Origin: Candidatus Woesearchaeota archaeon
GTDB lineage: Archaea; Nanobdellota; Nanobdellia; Pacearchaeales; GW2011-AR1
Assembly (NCBI GenBank): GCA_964549605.1
Contig: CAZJVQ010000004.1
Coordinates: 2,965-27,193, forward strand
Direction of reading: 5' to 3'
Length of the DNA stretch: 24,229 nucleotides
Positions 16,634 through 22,779 of this stretch are shown piece by piece. Numbering within the stretch: the stretch's first letter is position 1; each line of letters starts with the position of its first letter. Position numbers and translations under genes: made by a program. Under the pieces are notes generated by a model that did not search any database, was not told the origin of the DNA, and saw only the letters and a program-made list of their open reading frames with translations.

Positions 16634-17119
16634 CTAATCACATCTTCCTTTTATTTCAAAATACATAATGTCATCAGGATCCTCTTTTCCATCTTCTTCT
16701 CCTCTTACGTGCCCCCATTCGTGTTTCGCAACTTTATAAAAATTAGTTCCTTTTTCCCCTTCTATAGAGCAATCAACCCAATTTATTCCCTCTTTGAACA
16801 CAATTTCATATCTTGTCCAATCTGTTTTGTATAAAAGAAGTGCTTCCTTTAAAGTATGGTTAATTATTTGAGAATAAACGGCAATAGAATTTTTCACCAC
16901 AGTATCTGGGATTTCTCCAATGTATGCTTTGTTTTCTGAGTATTTGTTTTCTCTTGCAGGAATTCCCCATGATCTTCCGGCTTCGATAAATCCTTTTTTT
17001 TGCCATGGTTCTAATCCATCTAAGTTGATATCATAATCATTTTGAATTTCGCAAGAACTAAGAAGTATAGCTCCGATTAGTAGATGTTTGGGCTTCAATA
17101 ATTTACCTAAATTTTTCAT
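16634..17119 (-). CDS. Matrixin-like (metzincin) lipoprotein
   Basis: Lipobox LLSSC; VAKHEWGHVRGEED fits HExxHxxGxx(H/D); Met-turn DPDDIMY. Confidence 0.8.
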   Translation of the reverse strand: MKNLGKLLKPKHLLIGAILLSSCEIQNDYDINLDGLEPWQKKGFIEAGRSWGIPARENKYSENKAYIGEIPDTVVKNSIAVYSQIINHTLKEALLLYKTDWTRYEIVFKEGINWVDCSIEGEKGTNFYKVAKHEWGHVRGEEDGKEDPDDIMYFEIKGRCD

Positions 17120-17140
17120 AAAAATACCACTATCAAAACT

Positions 17141-17148
17141 CTTAAAAA
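17141..17148. promoter_or_regulatory. Shared (bidirectional) TATA box
   Basis: CTTAAAAA lies 21 nt from the minus-strand ATG at 17119 and 21 nt from the predicted SRP RNA 5' end at 17170. Confidence 0.5.
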
Positions 17149-17169
17149 GCTTCTTATTTTGGAATATCT

Positions 17170-17429
17170 GTAGACTAGGTTGGCGGGTTAGCCCTCCGCT
17201 ATTTGCAAACGGGCTTTAGGCAAACTGCAAGGAAGTCGGTGACAAGTGCGTTGAGAAAGTCTTTGGTTCAATGTTGACGTTTTGTCCGGTTTGATCTTGC
17301 ATATGCGAACTGGGTCAGGCCTTGATCGGAGCAGCCCTAAACATTTGTTAAGGTGCTTATCGGGTAGCAGAATCGAGTTGTATTGAAGGTAGCTTTTTTT
17401 GTAAACTTTGAGCTGGCTTCTTGGTCTAC
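17170..17429 (+). ncRNA. ffs: Signal recognition particle (7S) RNA, about 260 nt
   Basis: Terminal helix GTAGACTAG/TTGGTCTAC. Alu hairpins TGGCGG/CCGCTA and TTTGC/GCAAA with complementary loops AGCCC and GGGCT. Long helix 5 (GAAGTCGGT/GCTGGCTTC, TTCAATG/TATTGAA). SRP54-binding helix 8 GGGTCAGGCC-TTGATC-GGAGCAGCCC (17312-17337). Confidence 0.85.
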
Positions 17430-17438
17430 GCTTAAAAA

Positions 17439-17819
17439 ATGTTAAATTCATTAGATTACCTTTTCAAAAGCCCTAAAAAAAGAGTAGATAAATTCTTTGC
17501 TGATGTTTTTGAAAATGAATTTAGAGAGGATTTGAGACACATTGCACAATGGATTGCTAAATCTGAGAGGGAACCTGAATGTGCTCTTGAAAAAGAACTT
17601 TGGTTTAATCTATCTAGAAAAAAATACGGGGGAGAATATCCTCATGCGTACAGAGACTTGCCCCCCCATTTTAAAAAAGAGTATGAAGGAATTCGTGCTA
17701 GAGTTAATGGAATATTGTGGTTGGATTCTTTAGTAAGAAACAATAATCCTAGAAGCAAAACATATCTGCATGCTTATAGAAAGTTAAGAAGAGAGGTTGA
17801 AAAAATTTTATCAGATTAA
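17439..17819 (+). CDS. Hypothetical protein, 126 aa
   Basis: ORF track. Starts right after the SRP RNA and converges on the PPIase gene. No motif recognised. Confidence 0.68.
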   Translation: MLNSLDYLFKSPKKRVDKFFADVFENEFREDLRHIAQWIAKSEREPECALEKELWFNLSRKKYGGEYPHAYRDLPPHFKKEYEGIRARVNGILWLDSLVRNNNPRSKTYLHAYRKLRREVEKILSD

Positions 17820-18376
17820 ATCAAACTTGCCTTGATTATTTTAACTTCTTCCAAAGGTCTGTCGCTTCCGTCTTTTGAAACTCCTGCGATTTTGTCAACA
17901 ACTTTCATACTTTCTTCATCTACTTCTCCGAAAGTTGGGTGCTTACCGTCGAGAAAATTATTATCTACTAAATTTATGAAGAATTGGCTTCCGCCAGTGT
18001 TTGGACCTGCGTTTGCCATTGAAAGAGTTCCTCTGTCGTTTTTGTTTCCTCCGGCATGTGTGAATTCATCTTGAATGTTATATCCTGGTCCACCCATTCC
18101 TGTTCCTTGGGGATCCCCTCCTTGAACCATGAAACCAGAAATAACTCTGTGAAAAATTACTCCATCGTAGAATCCTTCTGAAACTAATTTTTCAAAATTC
18201 CCTGCAGTTATTGGCATGTCAGAATATAATTGGATTTTTATGTTTCCTTGATTCGTTTCCAATAAAACTGTTTTTCCTGCACTTGTATTTGTGTCCATTA
18301 TGTAATAAACTCCTGCAAATAATACTAAAGCCGCAATTATAAAGATTACTGATTTGTTTTTCAAGAACTTTTTCAT
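17816..18376 (-). CDS. Cyclophilin-type peptidyl-prolyl isomerase with an N-terminal membrane anchor
   Basis: FYDGVIFHRVISGFMVQGGDP, GTLSMANAGPNTGGSQFFIN and LDGKHPTFG; N-terminal VIFIIAALVLFAGVYYIM. Confidence 0.96.
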   Translation of the reverse strand: MKKFLKNKSVIFIIAALVLFAGVYYIMDTNTSAGKTVLLETNQGNIKIQLYSDMPITAGNFEKLVSEGFYDGVIFHRVISGFMVQGGDPQGTGMGGPGYNIQDEFTHAGGNKNDRGTLSMANAGPNTGGSQFFINLVDNNFLDGKHPTFGEVDEESMKVVDKIAGVSKDGSDRPLEEVKIIKASLI

Positions 18377-18447
18377 TACTAGAAATAAAAATTAAGATAT
18401 TTAAATTTATTCCAAACATTAATAAATATGCAAAGAGTTTTTTGAAT

Positions 18448-19068
18448 ATGAAAAGGCAAAAGGTGAACCTATTATCTTCTTCGCCTAAGCGTAGTCAAAG
18501 AAGAGGTCAGTTTTATATTGTGACAACTATAATGATTGTTGCGATAATTGTTGGATTCGCTTCGCTTTCTAATTTTGCTCAAAAAAGAAGCACATTGAAA
18601 TTTTTTTATGAAGGCGAGGAACTTGAACTTGAAGCAGGGAAAGTAATTGATTACGGTATTAGTACAACTACAACAGATGAGGAAATGAAAACCGTGATGG
18701 ATGATTTTGCTAGAAATTATACTGAATATTCTGAAGCAGATAATTTTTATTTTTTATTTGGTGTTAAAGGAACTAGTCCTCCTGATATGGTAGATGTTAG
18801 ATTTTTTATGTATCAAAAAACTGAGAAAAAAGATGTAACTCTTGATTTTGATTCAAATAGCTATCCAATTACTGCAGGGGATACTGGAACAATAAATCCT
18901 CTTCCTCCTGAATCGGATTTTGGTGAAGTAACTGATTGGATAAACCTCACAATTCCTGACTCTGAAGGAAATTTAACATTTAATTTTAAGATGGGAATTG
19001 GAAGTAATTTTTATTATGTTATAACAAAGGAAATTTGGGGAGATAGGTACCTTGAAACAAATGCGTAG
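18448..19068 (+). CDS. Pilin-like protein (class III signal peptide, GQ type)
   Basis: RRG/QFYIVTTIMIVAIIVGF. TTAATAAA box 21 nt before ATG 18448. Confidence 0.8.
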   Translation: MKRQKVNLLSSSPKRSQRRGQFYIVTTIMIVAIIVGFASLSNFAQKRSTLKFFYEGEELELEAGKVIDYGISTTTTDEEMKTVMDDFARNYTEYSEADNFYFLFGVKGTSPPDMVDVRFFMYQKTEKKDVTLDFDSNSYPITAGDTGTINPLPPESDFGEVTDWINLTIPDSEGNLTFNFKMGIGSNFYYVITKEIWGDRYLETNA

Positions 19069-20251
19069 AAGTTTGAGTAAGAAAGGGGTCAGTCCGATTA
19101 TAGGATATATTTTGTTGATAAGTTTCGTTATAATAATTAGTATTATTGTTTACCAATGGGTTAAGACTTACGTTCCGCGAGAGGCGCTTGAATGCCCGGA
19201 TGGGGTTTCGATTTTTGTAAAAGAGAAAGAAATTGATTGTGAGGCTCCTGGCCCTTATGAATATCTTAATTTGACTTTTAAAAATAATGGTAGGTTTAAT
19301 ATTTCTGGATATTTTATTCGTTATTCCAATAATCCCGAAATTCTAGCTACGAATAGTTTGTGGGAAAAAATTGAAGGGGGAATCGGGATGGCTGAAGGAT
19401 GGGTTAGTTTTGGTGATCCGGAAAAAAAAGATAATTCATTGGGACCTGGAGAAGAGGAGCAAGATAATTTTACTTTTAGTTTAACAAACAAGATTTCTTT
19501 TGTTGAAATAATTCCTGTTCGATACGAGGAAATTGATAATAGACTTCGGCTTTCTAGTTGTAGTGATGCGAAGATAACTGAAGTTATTTGTAGTGGAGAT
19601 TTAAATTGTGTTCCTGAATGTGATCTCCCTTATAATTGTGGAAAACTTGATGGATGTGGGGGAACTTGTCCTGATGTTGATGGGACTTGTTCGGATGCTG
19701 GGAAATCTTGTAGTGGAGGTTCATGTTCAGTCATATGTGGAGATGAATTAATTGGTGGTTCTGAACAATGTGATGGTTCTAATCTAGGAACTCCTGGAAC
19801 TTGTGAAGGATTGGATTATGGTCCTGGAACATTAAGTTGTTCATCTTGTAATTTCGATACAAGTATGTGTACTGCTCCTGATTTGACTTTAAGTATAACA
19901 AATCCTGTAAGTTTTGGAAATGGTGCTAATTCAAATCAACTTACAATTGAGATTGCAATACTTAACAATAATGGAGTTGGAAACTATAAGGCGGATAATG
20001 TTTATGCTAACGCGACTACTGGAGATCCAACATCTGTTGATGAATATCCTCAAAAAGGACCATATAATCTTGTTGATGGAGGAACAGAACCAGCGATTAC
20101 TTTTAGTTGGAAATACAATACTCCAGGAATATACACTCCAATAATAAAAGTGGATGCAGATAATAAAATTCCTGAAAAAGATGAAGGAAATAATGAAATT
20201 AGCTTAGGAACTATTGATTGTCAAAATTTGGATAATTGTTTTGTTGCTTAA
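19061..20251 (+). CDS. Pilin-like adhesin: pilin domain plus Cys-rich region plus CARDB-like Ig domain
   Basis: KKG/VSPIIGYILLI; CGDELIGGSEQCDGSNLG...GTLSCSSCNFDTSMC; C-terminal IKVDADNKIPEKDEGNN. ORF track start is TTG 19052. Confidence 0.85.
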   Translation: MRRSLSKKGVSPIIGYILLISFVIIISIIVYQWVKTYVPREALECPDGVSIFVKEKEIDCEAPGPYEYLNLTFKNNGRFNISGYFIRYSNNPEILATNSLWEKIEGGIGMAEGWVSFGDPEKKDNSLGPGEEEQDNFTFSLTNKISFVEIIPVRYEEIDNRLRLSSCSDAKITEVICSGDLNCVPECDLPYNCGKLDGCGGTCPDVDGTCSDAGKSCSGGSCSVICGDELIGGSEQCDGSNLGTPGTCEGLDYGPGTLSCSSCNFDTSMCTAPDLTLSITNPVSFGNGANSNQLTIEIAILNNNGVGNYKADNVYANATTGDPTSVDEYPQKGPYNLVDGGTEPAITFSWKYNTPGIYTPIIKVDADNKIPEKDEGNNEISLGTIDCQNLDNCFVA

Positions 20252-20275
20252 TAAAAATTTCAAAAATTAATTTTA

Positions 20276-21115
20276 TTATGAGCAATTATTGTTAGTTTCA
20301 ATAAAACCAGTATAGGCATCTATTCTAGGAATTAATTCTTCTTCTGGTAAATAAACTAAATAAAGAGGATTATATGATTCTGATTCTAAAACTTGTTTTT
20401 GATACAACTCAGTGTTTAAATTTTCTGTATGGCTTACATTTTCAAATATTCCTTTTGTGCCCAATCCATCTGAACATAAAAATCTATAATCTACTAATAC
20501 ATCTTCACTTAAGTGCATTATTCTATCTTTCTCATAATGAATTCCCTCAACATATCCTTTGTCTGCCAATACTTGATCAATAACCTCTCTTGCTTGCGCT
20601 TCTGTTGGAGAAACAAAAGAATCTGTTGCAACAATTCCCTCTAATCCATTATTATCTGAAGATATTGCTTGAGAAGAATTAGTTCCGGCTTGAATTGGAA
20701 TTGAATCAGTTTCACAATAAGGGTTGTATTTATCTGGGCTTATATATTTCAAAAAATCCCCATTTACTATTGTATCAATGTAATTAATATAGTCTCCTTG
20801 ATCGGGATCTGCCCCACAGAACGTTAGATAAAAATCTCCACTTAATCCATCTCCAAAAGATCTTAGAATTGCCGTTTCTGGAGCATCATTCTCTCCAGGA
20901 TTAGGATCATCTGGAATGGGAACTGGGCTTGGGTCTGGGTAAGGGGGATAAATAGGATTCACTATTGGATTTCTTGGAGGTAATTGCGTTGGAACATTCC
21001 CTTTTTTAAAAATATCACAACCCCCCAAAGCGATACTTCCAGCCAAAGCTGCTACAATTCCTGCGTTTCTTAATTTCTTTTTGATTGTCATGTACTTGTA
21101 AGCAGAGGTAACCAT
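20276..21115 (-). CDS. Lipoprotein with a Pro-rich linker and a cadherin/Ig-like domain
   Basis: KKKLRNAGIVAALAGSIALGGC lipobox; PTQLPPRNPIVNPIYPPYPDPSPVPIPDDPNP; NDAP...DPDQGD...SDNNG. Confidence 0.75.
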   Translation of the reverse strand: MVTSAYKYMTIKKKLRNAGIVAALAGSIALGGCDIFKKGNVPTQLPPRNPIVNPIYPPYPDPSPVPIPDDPNPGENDAPETAILRSFGDGLSGDFYLTFCGADPDQGDYINYIDTIVNGDFLKYISPDKYNPYCETDSIPIQAGTNSSQAISSDNNGLEGIVATDSFVSPTEAQAREVIDQVLADKGYVEGIHYEKDRIMHLSEDVLVDYRFLCSDGLGTKGIFENVSHTENLNTELYQKQVLESESYNPLYLVYLPEEELIPRIDAYTGFIETNNNCS

Positions 21116-21178
21116 TTTTAAAGGTTTTTATTTGGGTTTTTAAAAAATATTTATAAACCTCAATTGATTGTTAGTAAA

Positions 21179-21673
21179 ATGAAAAGGGGTAAGAGCCATA
21201 AAAGACATGGTCGACGTAAAGGATTGTCTCCAGTTATTGCGACTGTTCTTCTTATAGGAATTGTCGTCGTTGCAGGATTAATAGTTTTTACTTGGTTTAG
21301 AGGATTCACTCAAGAAGCGGTTACAAAGTTCGACCAAAATGCACAATTAGTTTGTAACGAAATTGAATTTAAAGCGAGTCTTTCTGGAAATGTCTTGTCA
21401 ATTACTAATTTGGGAAACGTTCCAATTTACGGGTTCATGCTTAAATATGGAGATGAAGGGGGTTTCCAAACAAGTGATATCAAAGAACTAGCCCCAACTA
21501 CTTGGCCCAAAAATGGATTAAATCTTAATGGAGTTTTCTCTGGAGATGTAGGTTTCGATGAAACAGATTATGATGACGTTACAATCATTCCTATTTTAAG
21601 AGGTTCTTCTCAAAGGGGTGGCGAAGCTTCTTTTGTATGTGATGAAGCACAGCACGGAATCCGACCTTTTTAA
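21179..21673 (+). CDS. Archaeal type IV pilin
   Basis: RRKG/LSPVIATVLLIGIVVVAGLIVFTWF. TTTATAAA (21150-21157) 21 nt before ATG 21179. Confidence 0.9.
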   Translation: MKRGKSHKRHGRRKGLSPVIATVLLIGIVVVAGLIVFTWFRGFTQEAVTKFDQNAQLVCNEIEFKASLSGNVLSITNLGNVPIYGFMLKYGDEGGFQTSDIKELAPTTWPKNGLNLNGVFSGDVGFDETDYDDVTIIPILRGSSQRGGEASFVCDEAQHGIRPF

Positions 21674-21674
21674 A

Positions 21675-22190
21675 ATGAAAAACAAAAAAGCGATGTCTGG
21701 ACTTGTTGTTAGTATGATAATGATGGGGATGGCCATACTTGCTGTTATTTTGGTTTGGGGTGTTGTAAAAAATTTGATAACTGAAAAAACTGAAAGTAGT
21801 TCTGCCTGTTTTGGGATTCTTGACAAAGTAAATATTGAAGGTAGATATACTTGTTTTTACAGCATGGGTTCTGAGAATACTACAAGATTTCAAATAAGCA
21901 TCGGAGATATTGATGTTGAGGGAGTGTTGGTTTCAATCACTGGGGCTGGAGGATCAAAAACTTTTACTTTAACAAATGAATCAAAAACAATTCCTGATCT
22001 GAAAACTTATCCTGATGGTGGAGACACAATAAATCTTCCTCAAAAAAACGGAGGAACAACTTACGAATTTGTTTGGCCGTCTTCTGATCCAATTCCAGAT
22101 TTAATAAAAATTGCTCCAATCATAAATGGGAAGCAATGTGAAATTTCTGATACTTTAGCGGGAATCGATAATTGTAGTCTTTTATTATAA
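21675..22190 (+). CDS. Archaeal type IV pilin
   Basis: True start MKNKKA/MSGLVVSMIMMGMAILAVILVWGVV, 1 nt after the previous stop. The ORF track start at 21618 is too long. Confidence 0.88.
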   Translation: MKNKKAMSGLVVSMIMMGMAILAVILVWGVVKNLITEKTESSSACFGILDKVNIEGRYTCFYSMGSENTTRFQISIGDIDVEGVLVSITGAGGSKTFTLTNESKTIPDLKTYPDGGDTINLPQKNGGTTYEFVWPSSDPIPDLIKIAPIINGKQCEISDTLAGIDNCSLLL

Positions 22191-22230
22191 ATTGCATTAA
22201 TTATTTAAACAAAATCTTTCTTAATTTATT

Positions 22231-22779
22231 ATGAGTAAAAGAGGTTTTTCTAGGAAGGGTCAGATTTGGGTTGAGACTGTAATTTATACTCTAATTGCAT
22301 TAACCATGATTGGAGCAGTTATGGCTTTTGTAGTTCCGCGAGTTCAAGAAATCCAGGATCAAGCAGTAATAGAACAGAGTATTGATGTTATGGAAAATAT
22401 TAATGAAATAATTGTTTCAACAGTTCAAGGAGGTACTGGAAATAGAAGAATTATGGATGTTGAAATAAAAAGGGGAACATTGAAAATTAACGGAACACAT
22501 GATATTGTTTCTTTTGAAATAGAGGCAGATTATACTTATAGCGAACCTGGACAAATTGTTCGTGTTGGGGGAGTTAACGTTGAAACAAAAGATATTGGGA
22601 ATACAAACCTGATTGTCTTAATTGGAAACTATAGTAAATATAATTTAACCTTTGGGGGAATTGACACTCTTGGAACAATCACTCAGAGCCCAACGCCTTA
22701 TTCTGTATCCATATCAAATAAAGGTGGAGATGGTGCTACTCCTGAAAAAATAAATGTTGATTTCAAAATAACTGGATAA
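22231..22779 (+). CDS. Pilin-like protein (class III signal, Gln at +1 and Glu at +5)
   Basis: RKG/QIWVETVIYTLIALTMIGAVMAFVVP. Confidence 0.85.
   Translation: MSKRGFSRKGQIWVETVIYTLIALTMIGAVMAFVVPRVQEIQDQAVIEQSIDVMENINEIIVSTVQGGTGNRRIMDVEIKRGTLKINGTHDIVSFEIEADYTYSEPGQIVRVGGVNVETKDIGNTNLIVLIGNYSKYNLTFGGIDTLGTITQSPTPYSVSISNKGGDGATPEKINVDFKITG

Noticed and set aside
14056-17170. Possible tRNA-anchored integrated element
   Set aside because: No integrase and no duplicated tRNA 3' end (att site) found by eye. An exact repeat search over the full contig would settle it.
17188-17451. 87-aa minus-strand ORF
   Set aside because: It is the antisense of the SRP RNA, whose structure explains the local GC enrichment.
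11305-21893. Short nested or antisense ORFs at 11305, 12044, 12728, 12849, 16273, 17542, 17832, 18219, 19914, 20374, 21591 and 21596
   Set aside because: They overlap better-supported genes in another frame or strand, with no motif, promoter or SD support.
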